Below are positions 26,263 through 36,468 of a DNA stretch of 64,000 bases, one piece after another. Both the position numbers and the translations under genes were made by a program. Each line of letters opens with the position of its first letter. Positions within the stretch are counted from its first letter, which is position 1. Under the pieces are notes generated by a model. It was not told the origin of the DNA. It saw nothing but the letters and a program-made list of their open reading frames with translations, and did no database searches. Source of the DNA: an uncultured delta proteobacterium (GTDB lineage Bacteria > Desulfobacterota > Binatia > UBA9968); NCBI GenBank assembly GCA_963755715.1, contig CAVWLW010000044.1, forward strand, positions 48,050 to 112,049, read 5' to 3'.

Positions 26263-27033
26263 TTGTTCAGGAAAGAAATCGTACGCGGCTGCGTTTCCAT
26301 AGTCGCGGGCCTGGTGATCTGGGAAATTTTGACGCGCCTGCTGTTGGAAAACGAACTTTTAATTCCGCCGCCTAGCAGCGTGCTGGTCTCATTTTGGCAG
26401 TTGCTCATCTCCGGCAAGCTCAATAAACATTTCGTCGCGACTCTGACCGAATTTTTCTATGGCTTTACGACGGCGTGTATCGTCGGCATCGCCATCGGTT
26501 ACTTCATGGGCATGCACAAGTGGTTTGACGAGGTGATGGACCCATGGATCGCCACGCTTTATTCGATCCCGATCATCACGGTCGTGCCGCTGATCATTAT
26601 TTGGTTCGGTATCGGCATGATCTCGAAAGTGATCGTCGTCTTCAAAATCACCGCGGTGGCGATCATTTTGAATACCGCCGCGGGGATCAAAAACTTGGAC
26701 CCGGTGTGGCTGGAGCTCGCCAGATCGCTGCGCTTGAGCCGTTGGGAAACAACTTATAAGATCCGCTTTCCTGGCGCCCTGCCCTACATCATCACCGGCA
26801 TGCGCCTGGGCGTCGGCCGGGCCTTGCTCGGCGTCGTGGTGGCAGAGCTGATGGCCGCCAACGCCGGCCTCGGCTATTTGCTGCGCGACTCCTCGGAGAC
26901 CTGGGATAGCCCGAAGCTGTTTGTCACCGTCATCCTGCTCGCGACGATCGGACTGGTGAGTTTCAATCTGATCAAGCGCCTCGAACAGAAAATGGCGCCC
27001 TGGCGCCAAAGCGCCGAGTGGACGGCGGAATAA
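26263..27033 (+). CDS. NitT/TauT ABC transporter permease
   Basis: IPPPS, IIWFGIG, GVVVAELM..GLGY. Confidence 0.93.
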   Translation: MFRKEIVRGCVSIVAGLVIWEILTRLLLENELLIPPPSSVLVSFWQLLISGKLNKHFVATLTEFFYGFTTACIVGIAIGYFMGMHKWFDEVMDPWIATLYSIPIITVVPLIIIWFGIGMISKVIVVFKITAVAIILNTAAGIKNLDPVWLELARSLRLSRWETTYKIRFPGALPYIITGMRLGVGRALLGVVVAELMAANAGLGYLLRDSSETWDSPKLFVTVILLATIGLVSFNLIKRLEQKMAPWRQSAEWTAE

Positions 27034-27052
27034 CGGCGCGAATTCGAAAATC

Positions 27053-27835
27053 ATGAACGAACGAACCGGCATGCCCCCGACCGGCCTCCTCAAGATCGCC
27101 TCCGTTGCCGCCGGGCTTTTGCTCTGGCATGTGCTGGCGGTCTACGTGATCAACGATACAACTCTGTTAGTTTCGCCGATGGTGGTAGTGCGCACGGCCT
27201 ACGATATGCTGTTCGTCACCGGCGAGCTTTATCCGCACCTGTTCGCCAGCTCATGGATCTTTTTTTACGGCTTCATTCTGGCGATCGTCGCCGGCGTTCC
27301 CTTGGGCTTCGTGATGGCGCTCAGCCCTGTGGTACGCGACTACGTCAATCCCTGGATGGCCACACTTTACACCACGCCCCGTATCGCCTTCGCTCCCGTG
27401 CTCCTGCTTTGGTTCGGTATCGGCGGCGGCTCGAAAATCGCGATCGTTTTTTTGGGCTGTGTGTTTCCGATCCTGATCAATTCCTACTACGGCATGCGCG
27501 TGGTCAATCGAGAATACGTCGAGCTTGCCCGTTCTTTTCGTCTCCGTCCGTGGGCGCTGTTCGTCAAAATTTTATTGCCTGCTTCCATACCGTTTATCCT
27601 CGCTGGGATTCGGCTCGCGATCGGGCGCGGCCTCACCGGCGTCGCCATCGCCGAATGGTTCGGCGCCACCGAGGGCCTCGGCTACCTGGTTTTCTTCGCC
27701 GGTCAGACCCTCAATGTGCCGACCCTTTTCGTCGGTGTCGCGGCGTTCGCCCTGCTGGGAATTCTAGGTTTCGAGCTGGTCCGACGATTTGAAAACTACG
27801 TCACGCCCTGGAAGAAGCAGGCGCAGGGGGGTTGA
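27053..27835 (+). CDS. NitT/TauT ABC transporter permease
   Basis: LLWFGIG..SK, ELARSF, AEWFGATEGLGY. Confidence 0.93.
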   Translation: MNERTGMPPTGLLKIASVAAGLLLWHVLAVYVINDTTLLVSPMVVVRTAYDMLFVTGELYPHLFASSWIFFYGFILAIVAGVPLGFVMALSPVVRDYVNPWMATLYTTPRIAFAPVLLLWFGIGGGSKIAIVFLGCVFPILINSYYGMRVVNREYVELARSFRLRPWALFVKILLPASIPFILAGIRLAIGRGLTGVAIAEWFGATEGLGYLVFFAGQTLNVPTLFVGVAAFALLGILGFELVRRFENYVTPWKKQAQGG

Positions 27836-27837
27836 GG

Positions 27838-28638
27838 ATGGCCGGGCCGGTCTTGGAGCTGAGAAGCCTGCACAAGGAAATCCCGCGCAAGGACCGCGAG
27901 CCTTTCAAAATTTTTCAAGATATCAATATTTCCCTGCGCGACGGCGAGTTCGTCAGCATCGTCGGGCCCAGCGGCTGTGGCAAAACCACCATGCTGCGCG
28001 TCATCAACGGCCTGATGACGCGGACCAGCGGCGATATTTTTATCGACGGCAAAGCCGCCGAGGAACTGGACCACGAGCTGGTTATGGGTTTCGTCTTTCA
28101 AGGCGCATCGCTTTTGCCCTGGCGCACCAGTCTCAAAAACGTTTGGCTGGGTCTCGAAGGCCGCGGTCACAATCCGAAAGAAGCCGGCGAGATCGCCCGC
28201 AAGTATTTAGATCTCGTCGGCCTGAGCGGTTTTGAAAATCACTATCCGCACGAGCTTTCCGGCGGTATGCAACAACGGGTCAATCTCGCTCGCGCCCTAG
28301 CGGTCAATCCGCGCATCCTGCTGATGGACGAGCCCTTCGCCGCCCTCGACGCTCAGACGCGCAACTTCATGCAGCTCGAGCTTCTGCGCATCTGGCGAGA
28401 AACGAGGAAGACCGTCATCTTCGTCACTCACATGATTTCCGAAGCGATCCTGTTGTCGGACCGCGTGATCGTGTTCAGCCATCGCCCCGGCACCATTCGA
28501 TCCGAATACGCCGTGCCGCTCGAGCGGCCAAGGCGCATGGAAATGCGCTCCGATCCGCGTTTCTTGGAGTTAGAAAACATCGTGTGGAAGCAGATCGAAG
28601 AGGAAGTCAATGCGTCGGGTGGCTTTAGCCAGATGTAG
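27838..28638 (+). CDS. NitT/TauT ABC transporter ATP-binding protein
   Basis: GPSGCGKT, LSGGMQQR, LMDEPFAALD. Confidence 0.95.
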   Translation: MAGPVLELRSLHKEIPRKDREPFKIFQDINISLRDGEFVSIVGPSGCGKTTMLRVINGLMTRTSGDIFIDGKAAEELDHELVMGFVFQGASLLPWRTSLKNVWLGLEGRGHNPKEAGEIARKYLDLVGLSGFENHYPHELSGGMQQRVNLARALAVNPRILLMDEPFAALDAQTRNFMQLELLRIWRETRKTVIFVTHMISEAILLSDRVIVFSHRPGTIRSEYAVPLERPRRMEMRSDPRFLELENIVWKQIEEEVNASGGFSQM

Positions 28639-28663
28639 CTCAGTCAAGAGAAAGGTTGTTGCC

Positions 28664-29674
28664 ATGAATCGGTTCAAACAAAGCTTTGTCACGCTGATCG
28701 GTGTGCCGATCGCCGCATTATGTTTTTTCAGGGCGGGATTGGCAGCGGACGCGGGCATGGTAAAGATGCGCTTTACCCAAAGCGGCAATACGTCGTCGAG
28801 CTGGCCACTTTACGTCGCCGAACAAAAAAAAATGTTCGAAAAAAACGGCCTTCAGGTCGAAGTCATCATCATCCGCGGCGCCACCAACGTGGTGCGCGCG
28901 GTCCTCAGCGAGACCATTCCCATCGGCCGCATCAATCCGGATTATGTGATCGGCGCGAGCGAGAAAGGCGCCAAAGTAAAGATCGTCGCCGCCAATATGG
29001 AAAAAATCCCTTACGACATCTACGCGCGCGCGGAAATCAAAAGCGGCGCCGAACTGAAAGGCAAGACGCTCGGCGTGAGCACCTTGACCGGCGGCACGAC
29101 TTTGATGGTCCACGAGGTTTTGGAAAAAGCCTACAAGCTCAAAGATAGCGACTACAAACTCTTGGTCGTCGGCACTTCGCCGGAGCGGTATGCCGCGCTC
29201 AAGGGCGGCTCGGTGCAAGCCTCTTTCATGGGTCCGCCATTCAGCTTCCGGGCGGGCAGAGAAGGCTTCCGCAAGCTCGCCAACTTCCATGAATACCTCG
29301 GGCCGATTTTGTTCACCGCCGACTTCGCTCACATGAATTATCTGAAATCGAATCGCGCCGAAGTCGTGCGCTATTTGAAATCGATGATCGAAGCGACGCG
29401 CTGGCTCTATGAGCCCAAGAACAAAGAGGAAGCCCTGGCCATTCACATGAGGGCGTTAAAAACGAGTCGCGAAAGCGCCGAGGAGGATTATAAATATCTC
29501 GTGCAGGACTTTCAGCCTTTTCCGCGAGACGGCTTGGTCAGTAAAGCTTCTTTCGACAAGACCATGGAGCTAAGAGCCAAGGAAGGAACTTACCAAGGCA
29601 AAAAAATCCCGCCGTCGAGCGACTACGTCGACAACTCGTACATCGAAGAAGCGCTGAAGCAGCTGGGAAAATAA
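28664..29674 (+). CDS. SsuA/THI5-like ABC substrate-binding protein
   Basis: Signal peptide, FEKNGLQVE, ELKGKTLGVS. Confidence 0.88.
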   Translation: MNRFKQSFVTLIGVPIAALCFFRAGLAADAGMVKMRFTQSGNTSSSWPLYVAEQKKMFEKNGLQVEVIIIRGATNVVRAVLSETIPIGRINPDYVIGASEKGAKVKIVAANMEKIPYDIYARAEIKSGAELKGKTLGVSTLTGGTTLMVHEVLEKAYKLKDSDYKLLVVGTSPERYAALKGGSVQASFMGPPFSFRAGREGFRKLANFHEYLGPILFTADFAHMNYLKSNRAEVVRYLKSMIEATRWLYEPKNKEEALAIHMRALKTSRESAEEDYKYLVQDFQPFPRDGLVSKASFDKTMELRAKEGTYQGKKIPPSSDYVDNSYIEEALKQLGK

Positions 29675-29712
29675 TTCGGGGCAGTCAATAAATTAACTGA
29701 GAGGTCTTACGC

Positions 29713-30714
29713 ATGAAATCCGTTCTTCGCATCCTGGTGGTATTAACCGTCATGACAAGTGTCGGTGCCAGCCAAGCCGACGCCCAGACATTGAAGAAAA
29801 TACGTATCGGCTATCCGTCCCTGAGCTTTCGTCAGTCCAACGTCTGGGTCGCGAAAGAAGTGGGATTGTTCAACAAATATGGCCTCGAAGTAGAGCCGAT
29901 TTTTCTGCGCGGCGGCCAAATGGCCACGCAGGCGTTGGTAGCCGGCGATCCGCCGATCGTTAACATCGGCACCGTAGTGCAAGCCAGTCTACAGGGCTAC
30001 AACCTGGTTCTGGTCGCCGCCGTAGAAACGAAGTACGACCAGATTGTTTTCGCCCGCAAAGGCATCAACAAGCTTGAAGACCTCAAGGGCAAAAAGTTCG
30101 GCATCAGCGGTTACGGCTCGGCGACTCACAACGCTGCCAATATTCTTTTCCAGCACCTCAACATGGAGGTGAACAAGGACGTAGCCCTGGTGCCCACCGG
30201 CCCGGACGCGGAGCGGCTCGGGGCGATGATGGCAGGCAGGATCGATGCGACGTTCTTCACCTCTTCCGCCGCCGCGCCGGCGCGTAAGCAGGGTTTTGCG
30301 GAGCTGTTCCGCGTTGCGGATTTGGGGGTCGAAGTGCAAGGCAATGGATTTGCCACGTCGCGCTCCTACATCGCCAGCAACCGTGACACGGTGAAGAACG
30401 CGCTCAAAGGGTTCGTCGAAGCGATTTATTACGTTTACGCCAACAAGAAAGAAGCGCAGAAGGTCTTCGCCAAATATATGCGCACCAACGATCAAGAGAT
30501 GCTCGAAGACTCTTACAACGGCTATATCCAATGGATTCCCAAAAAACCCTATCCGACGCTCAAGGGAATCCAGTATATGTTGGATTTGCTTGCGCCGCAG
30601 TTGCCGCAAGCGAAAAACGCCAAGCCGGAACAGTTCGTCGATCTGAGCTTCCTGCAAGAATTGGAAAAAGAAGGCTTCTTCAACGAGATGGCCAAGCGAT
30701 ATCCGACGAAGTAG
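29713..30714 (+). CDS. SsuA/THI5-like ABC substrate-binding protein (tandem copy 1)
   Basis: Signal peptide, GLFNKYGLEVE, DLKGKKFGIS, KPYPT. Confidence 0.9.
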   Translation: MKSVLRILVVLTVMTSVGASQADAQTLKKIRIGYPSLSFRQSNVWVAKEVGLFNKYGLEVEPIFLRGGQMATQALVAGDPPIVNIGTVVQASLQGYNLVLVAAVETKYDQIVFARKGINKLEDLKGKKFGISGYGSATHNAANILFQHLNMEVNKDVALVPTGPDAERLGAMMAGRIDATFFTSSAAAPARKQGFAELFRVADLGVEVQGNGFATSRSYIASNRDTVKNALKGFVEAIYYVYANKKEAQKVFAKYMRTNDQEMLEDSYNGYIQWIPKKPYPTLKGIQYMLDLLAPQLPQAKNAKPEQFVDLSFLQELEKEGFFNEMAKRYPTK

Positions 30715-30722
30715 GAGAAGCA

Positions 30723-30794
30723 GGAGTAATGGAGTGCTGGAGTAATGGGTTTCTGAGGGCCGTCAACACTCCATCACTCAACACGCCAATCCTC
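30723..30794. repeat. REP-like hairpin with 8-nt periodic arms (GGAGTAAT)
   Basis: GGAGTAATGGAGTGCTGGAGTAATGG ... CAACACTCCATCACTCAACACGCCAATCCT. Confidence 0.75.
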
Positions 30795-30808
30795 TAGCAG
30801 ACAATCGC

Positions 30809-31808
30809 ATGAAACGAGTATCTGTCTTATTCGTCCTATCAGTCCTATTCCACTTGGCCGCCGCGCCCACGACTCACGCCCAAACGCTCAAGAGGATCAA
30901 GATCGGTTACCCGTCGCTCAGCTTTCGGCAAAGCAATGTTTGGGTCGCCAAAGAGATGGGACTTTTCAACAAGTACGGGTTGGAAGTCGAGCCGATCCTT
31001 TTTCGCGGCGGACAGGTTGCGACGCAGGCGCTGGTGAGCGGCGATCCGCCGATCGTCAATATCGGCACGGTGGTTCAGGCGACGATCCAGGGGCACAACG
31101 TCGTGCTCGTCGCCGCGGTGGAGACCAAATATGATCTGATCATCTTCACCCGCAGCGGCATCACCCAAATGGAGCAACTACGCGGCAAGCGCCTGGGCAT
31201 CACCGGTTTCAACTCCGCGACGCATTATGCGTCGATCATCCTCGCCAGGCATTTGAACGCCGACTTGAAAGAGTTCACGCTGATTCCCGCCGGCCTCGAC
31301 ACCGAGCGCATCGCCGCCGTGAATTCCGGAGTGCTCGACGCCACCTACGTCGCCACTTCGGCGGCGCCGCTGGCGCGCAAAGCCGGCTTGCAGGAGCTGG
31401 TGCAGATCGGCGATCTCGGCGTCGAAGTGCAGGGCAACGGCTTTGCCACGTCGCGTGCTTACATCGCTAGCAACCGCGATACGGTAAAGTCCGCGCTCAA
31501 GGGTTTCGTTGAAGCGATCTATTTTATCTACTGCGAATAAAAAAGACGCTCAACGCGTCTTCTCTAAATATATGCGGTCGAATGACCCGGCGGTGCTCGA
31601 GGATTCTTATAACGGCTACATTAAATCGATTCCAAAAAAGCCCTATCCGACTTTGAAGGGAATCCAGTTCATGCTCGACGTGTTGACGCCGACCTTGCCG
31701 CAGGCTAAGAATTTCAAGCCCGAACAGTTCGTCGACTTGAGTTTTTTGCAGGAACTTGAGAAAGAAGGTTTCTTCACCGAGATGGCGAAACGGTATCCGG
31801 TCAAATAA
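30809..31808 (+). CDS. SsuA/THI5-like ABC substrate-binding protein (tandem copy 2; frameshift near 31532)
   Basis: Close paralogue of 29713-30714; YFIY/ANKK junction restored by removing one base. Confidence 0.85.
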
Positions 31809-31815
31809 ACCGCGT

Positions 31816-31894
31816 TGGAGTGGTGGAGTAATGGAGTATTGGAGTAATGGGTCGGGAACCCAACGCTCCATCATTCCACTACTCCATTACTCCA
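31816..31894. repeat. REP-like hairpin with 8-nt periodic arms (GGAGTAAT)
   Basis: TGGAGTGGTGGAGTAATGGAGTATTGGAGTAATGGG ... CCCAACGCTCCATCATTCCACTACTCCATTACTCCA. Confidence 0.85.
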
Positions 31895-31921
31895 ATCTGC
31901 ATCAACCCACAGGAGGCAACC

Positions 31922-32314
31922 ATGGCACGTAAAACTATTCAACCGAAAACCTTGAATGATCCGCGGCCGCGTTACAGCCAAGGCATTCTCAATCAGGGCG
32001 GCAAGCTGCTTTTCATCGCCGGGCAGACCGCTTCGGATAAAGACGGCAATGTCGTCGGGAAGGACGATATCAAGGCGCAAACCGAACAGGTTTTTGCCAA
32101 CCTCAAAGCGGTTCTCAAAGCCGCCGGCGGCACGATCGATGATCTGGTGATGACGACGACGTACATCGTCGACAGAAAATATCGCGAAGGTTACAACGAA
32201 GTGCGCCGCGGCCTGTACAAAAAGGATCCGGCGACGAGCACCCTCGTGATCATCACCGGCCTCGCTCATCCCGATTATCTGATCGAGATCGCCGGCATCG
32301 CGGTCATTAAATGA
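31922..32314 (+). CDS. RidA/YjgF family protein
   Basis: YSQG, LFIAGQ, QT.QVF.NL..VL, PATSTLV, LIEIAGIAV; GGAGG RBS. Confidence 0.9.
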   Translation: MARKTIQPKTLNDPRPRYSQGILNQGGKLLFIAGQTASDKDGNVVGKDDIKAQTEQVFANLKAVLKAAGGTIDDLVMTTTYIVDRKYREGYNEVRRGLYKKDPATSTLVIITGLAHPDYLIEIAGIAVIK

Positions 32315-33288
32315 AAGTTACTGTTCTCGACGATTATCAGCGCGCCTTTGAAGCAACCGCTGCGATCAAGCGATTGCGCCGGGATGCGGAAGTGCAAATT
32401 TTCACCGAGAGGCTGCCATCGGATGCGGCGGTAGCCGACGCGCTGCGCGGCTCGCAAGCGATCATCCCGATCCGTGAACGCACCAAATTCACCGCGGCTT
32501 TGCTCCGGGCCCTGCCTGACCTCGAATATATTTCGCAAACGGGCAACCACGTCTATCACGTCGATATGGACGCGGCGACGCGCCAAGGCATCGTCGTCAG
32601 TCTGGCGCCGGGTGGCAACAGCACGACGGAACTAGCCTTCGGTTTGATGCTCGCCGTCATGCGGCGCATTCCTCAGAGCGACCGCGCCATGCGCCGCGGC
32701 GACTGGCCGCTCGTGCTTGGCTATGTGCTCAAAGGCAAGACCCTGGGAATTCTAGGCTTAGGAAAAATCGGCACCGAAGTCGCTGCCATCGGCCGCGCCT
32801 TCGGCATGAACGTCATTGCCTGGGGTCCGACACTGACCACCGAGCGGGCGGCCAAATCCGATGCGACCTTCATGCCTCTGGAGGACGTGCTCAAAAGCGC
32901 GGATGTCGTCTCGGTGCATCTCAAGCTCTCGGAGGAAAGCAAAAATCTTTTGAACGAAGCGCGCCTGCGCCTGATGAAAAAATCCGCCTACTTGATCAAC
33001 ACGGCGCGCGGCGCCATCGTCGATGAAATGGCGCTGGTGAAAATTTTAAAGGAAAACGCGATCGCCGGCGCCGCTCTGGATGTTTTCGTCGAAGAACCAC
33101 TGGCGAAAAATCACCCGCTGCTAGAGTTGGAAAATGTGGTGCTCACGCCGCACCTGGGTTGGCCGACCGATTCCGGTTTCGAAGGCTTCGCCGAGAACGC
33201 GGTGACCAACATTGTCGATTACATGGCAGGCAAACTGACCCGCGCGCTCAATCCCGAAGCGCTCAACTTCCGCCGCAAGGTAAAGTGA
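32311..33288 (+). CDS. D-2-hydroxyacid dehydrogenase family protein
   Basis: GILGLGKIG, INTARG, ALDVF..EPL, TPHLG. Confidence 0.93.
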   Translation: MKVTVLDDYQRAFEATAAIKRLRRDAEVQIFTERLPSDAAVADALRGSQAIIPIRERTKFTAALLRALPDLEYISQTGNHVYHVDMDAATRQGIVVSLAPGGNSTTELAFGLMLAVMRRIPQSDRAMRRGDWPLVLGYVLKGKTLGILGLGKIGTEVAAIGRAFGMNVIAWGPTLTTERAAKSDATFMPLEDVLKSADVVSVHLKLSEESKNLLNEARLRLMKKSAYLINTARGAIVDEMALVKILKENAIAGAALDVFVEEPLAKNHPLLELENVVLTPHLGWPTDSGFEGFAENAVTNIVDYMAGKLTRALNPEALNFRRKVK

Positions 33289-33317
33289 GCGGCATCTCAA
33301 TCTCCATCACGCCAATT

Positions 33318-34607
33318 TCAAACGAATCCGCCGGCGTGAAGCTTGGCTCGATGAAAGACATAGTTGTCCTGGTCGATGAATTCCAGCAGCGCGTTATGCG
33401 GATCCGTTTTGGGATCGACGGTGATTTTTGCGAAGTTGAAGTTTTCCGCCAAAAAATATTCGAAACGCCCCGCGGTGCCGTTGGTGATCCGGTTGAGCGG
33501 CGCCGCCAGAGGCCCCGCCGTGATATCTTTGAGCCCGCCGCTCTTGGGAATTCTCGTGATCGCCGCGTAGTGCATGTCGCCGCTTAGAAAATACACGCCG
33601 CTGATTCTTTTCTCGTTGATGTAGTGCAAAAGTTCCGCTCGCTCCCTCGGGTAACCATCCCATCGGTCACTTCCCCCGCCTGCCATGGGCACGCTGGTCA
33701 CGATAAATTTGAAAGTTGCCGACGAGCGCGCGAGTCCGTCAAAGAGCCATTGCTTTTGCTTCTCGCCGAGCATCGTGCGTTTTTTCAGGTCGCGGTACTG
33801 GCGTGCGTCGAGAATGAAAAGCTCCACCGCTCGCCCCCATCGAAAAGAGCGATAAATTCGCTGCGGCTCGCTCGCAGGACAACGGACCGGCCAATAGTCC
33901 AAAAAAGCCTGGCGCCCGATCGGCGCCAGCGGATTGCTCGGCAAATAGTCGTCCGCCACTTCGTGGTCGTCCCAAACGACGTAAAGACTGGTTTCGCGAA
34001 AACAAGCCGCGCTCCAGGCATCGTCGCGGTTAACCCGGTATTTCGCCCAAAATTCGTTCAATGTGTGCGCGGTACCGTTGCGATCGGCGTAAATTGTGTC
34101 GCCCAAATGCATGAAGAAATCCGGTCGTTGCGCGCGCACGGCGTTCATGACCGTAAACGGCTTGTAGCTTTCCCGGGTGTCGGCGCTGAAGCAAAAAGTC
34201 ACTTTTGCGTCGTCATCCGCGCGCGGGGCGGTGACAAAGCTTCCAATGGTTCCCGGCATTCGGCGAGCAACCTCGGCTCGGTAATAATAACGCGTCCCCG
34301 GCTGCAATTGATCAAGCGAGATCTTCGCCGTGTGATCCGACTCGCTATCGACGGTCACGACGTTCGCTGAAGAATATTCGGTGAGGCTTGGCTGCGTCCC
34401 GTACTGAAGCGCCACTCGACTGCCCGGTTCGGCACGAAGCCAAACCAAAGCGCTCGTATCGGTCACATCCCCGGCCACGGGACAGAACGATAGTCCGGTG
34501 CTCAGATCCGTGGAAGTAAGACCGGGCGCGCAGCCGGAGGGTGCCAAAAGCGACGGCGCGACCAGACCGGCTCCGGCAGCGACGCGCAAAAACTCTCTTC
34601 GATTCAT
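33318..34607 (-). CDS. phoD: alkaline phosphatase D family protein (Tat-exported lipoprotein)
   Basis: NRREFL Tat motif, HLGDTIYAD, WDDHEV, LDARQYR, DRWDGY, LSGDMH. Confidence 0.88.
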   Translation of the reverse strand: MNRREFLRVAAGAGLVAPSLLAPSGCAPGLTSTDLSTGLSFCPVAGDVTDTSALVWLRAEPGSRVALQYGTQPSLTEYSSANVVTVDSESDHTAKISLDQLQPGTRYYYRAEVARRMPGTIGSFVTAPRADDDAKVTFCFSADTRESYKPFTVMNAVRAQRPDFFMHLGDTIYADRNGTAHTLNEFWAKYRVNRDDAWSAACFRETSLYVVWDDHEVADDYLPSNPLAPIGRQAFLDYWPVRCPASEPQRIYRSFRWGRAVELFILDARQYRDLKKRTMLGEKQKQWLFDGLARSSATFKFIVTSVPMAGGGSDRWDGYPRERAELLHYINEKRISGVYFLSGDMHYAAITRIPKSGGLKDITAGPLAAPLNRITNGTAGRFEYFLAENFNFAKITVDPKTDPHNALLEFIDQDNYVFHRAKLHAGGFV

Positions 34608-34620
34608 ATCGAATTGGACT

Positions 34621-35121
34621 TTAGGCCTGAAGTTTATCCCAAACCAACTCGCAGAGCCAACCGGCGAGAAGCGGGAAGAGAAAACTCACGGCGAATCGGA
34701 TTGCGACCACCTTAGCACCCAGAAATGGAATTTCCCACATTATAATCCGCTGCAAGCCAAAGAGCGACCACGCCGTCAAGTAAGCAACCAGCGGCCCGAT
34801 CCCCACGCCCATTTTATAAAACGTCGCGATGACCGGGAAATGGGTCATCGGGCCGCCGGGCGTGATGCCGCCCAAAGTCATACCGATTAAAATGCCTTTG
34901 AATCCCGTGCCATGCCCCATCCATCGGACAATCACTTCTTGGGGCACGATCGCCTGGACCAGTCCTGCCAGCAGAAACGCGGCGATCATCCGTGGAGTGA
35001 TTTCGAGAATCAACGATCCCGTCGCATTGAGTCCCTTTCCGGCAGCCTCCGGTGATTTGACATACACGACGGCGAGCGTGATCAGCGCCGCCGTCATCAT
35101 GACGACTGTCGACGTGTCCAT
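34621..35121 (-). CDS. DUF318/ArsP-type half permease
   Basis: AFLLAGL, TPGGP..FP, LVAYLTAWSL...E; start moved to MDTSTVV. Confidence 0.75.
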   Translation of the reverse strand: MDTSTVVMMTAALITLAVVYVKSPEAAGKGLNATGSLILEITPRMIAAFLLAGLVQAIVPQEVIVRWMGHGTGFKGILIGMTLGGITPGGPMTHFPVIATFYKMGVGIGPLVAYLTAWSLFGLQRIIMWEIPFLGAKVVAIRFAVSFLFPLLAGWLCELVWDKLQA

Positions 35122-35263
35122 AGATCTCCTGAATACGATCGAAAATGGCTTTGGCGGCGGCATCGGAAATTGCGTAAGGACGTAGCTTCTGACTGTAAAG
35201 AGTGACCGTCGACTTTGCAAGTTTACGGCGATTAGAGTTAGTGGAAATAAAACCCAGCAGCGG

Positions 35264-36430
35264 CTACGGCTTGATGATCAGCGAGGATTGTTCTTCTTCC
35301 CGCTTTGCCTTTTCCTGCGACATGAAGAAAGCAAAACTCTTTTGCACGAGGCCGGTGAGAAAGGATATGTCAAGCAGCCCCGGATCAGCTTCGCCGACCT
35401 GCAAAGCCACGGCAAGAGCGAGTCTCGCCGCATCGGCTCGGTTGGTCTCTAAGAAATACAGCGCCATATCTTCCATGCGCCGTTTGAACGCCTGGCCGTT
35501 TTCGCCGGAGCAAAGCGTCTTCACGGCTTCGCGCACGATGGCGTTGAAGCGCTCTTCCTTTTGGAGCGGGTTCAACACCAAGCGGCTGGTCTGGGCCTCT
35601 TCAAGTTGTGGCAGAATCGCCTGCAGCCAATCGTCCGTCAAAATCCAGTAGCGCAGCTCCGGCTCGTCCAAAAGCCGCCGCGATAACTCGCGCCAGGCGC
35701 CTTCCCGCGCCTGGTCGACGTCCAATCTCCGGTAAATTGGATGGGCTTGTTCCTTAGGTTTACCTGTTGCGATGATCGAACGAACCTCGTGAAAATTTTC
35801 CAAGCCGCTTTGGCCGCGCGCCTTGGCGCGCTCGTAGCCCTCATAAACTATTTGGTCGGCGAATTCCCATGGGATCGAGATCATGCTGATGCCATGTTGT
35901 TGCTTGATCTCGTCGGCCATCTTGCGCAGTTCTTTGCGCCGCACATGCATCCCGCCGAAGCGGAGCAGTCCTTCACGGTCGTGCAACATCGCTTGAATGA
36001 CTTGCAAGCCGTGGTTCGGTTGCGGCTTGGTGATCCAGATCAAGCGTCCGCCACCACCGTCGACCGCGGACATAGAGGCTTCCACATCGGAGACCCGTTC
36101 GAAAATCGCCGCTGGTTTCGTATCCGGCGCTTTTTCTTGCGGCGCAACCAAGCCCTTCTGCGCTAACTTGAAACGGGATCGTTTGATCTCCTTCTTGAGA
36201 TCCTTGTCGGTGGTTTGCCGATCGATCTCGCCGAGCGCTTCGACCGCGGCCGGATCAAAGATTTTGCCGAGGGAGAAGATCGCAGCCAGATCGGTTTCGC
36301 GGCCTTTTCCAAATTGCGTTTTCAGTTGCGGCACGAGATCCGGCGCGGGCGCGTCGACGGCTACACCAAAATTTCGCAGCGCCGCAAGCCCAGCTTTGAT
36401 CTCGTCTTCGTGCGATTTATTCTTGGCCAA
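35264..36430 (-). CDS. conserved hypothetical protein
   Basis: 388-aa ORF with host-like codon usage; S.VDG.G.R motif; no family recognised. Confidence 0.75.
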   Translation of the reverse strand: MAKNKSHEDEIKAGLAALRNFGVAVDAPAPDLVPQLKTQFGKGRETDLAAIFSLGKIFDPAAVEALGEIDRQTTDKDLKKEIKRSRFKLAQKGLVAPQEKAPDTKPAAIFERVSDVEASMSAVDGGGGRLIWITKPQPNHGLQVIQAMLHDREGLLRFGGMHVRRKELRKMADEIKQQHGISMISIPWEFADQIVYEGYERAKARGQSGLENFHEVRSIIATGKPKEQAHPIYRRLDVDQAREGAWRELSRRLLDEPELRYWILTDDWLQAILPQLEEAQTSRLVLNPLQKEERFNAIVREAVKTLCSGENGQAFKRRMEDMALYFLETNRADAARLALAVALQVGEADPGLLDISFLTGLVQKSFAFFMSQEKAKREEEQSSLIIKP

Positions 36431-36468
36431 GCCGATCGTCCTTCATCCGCCAGTCGTCCATGTTCGAT

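Noticed and set aside
30723-31894. CRISPR array from GGAGTAAT repeats
   Set aside because: Units are 8 nt, adjacent, lack unique spacers and form inverted arms; no cas genes present.
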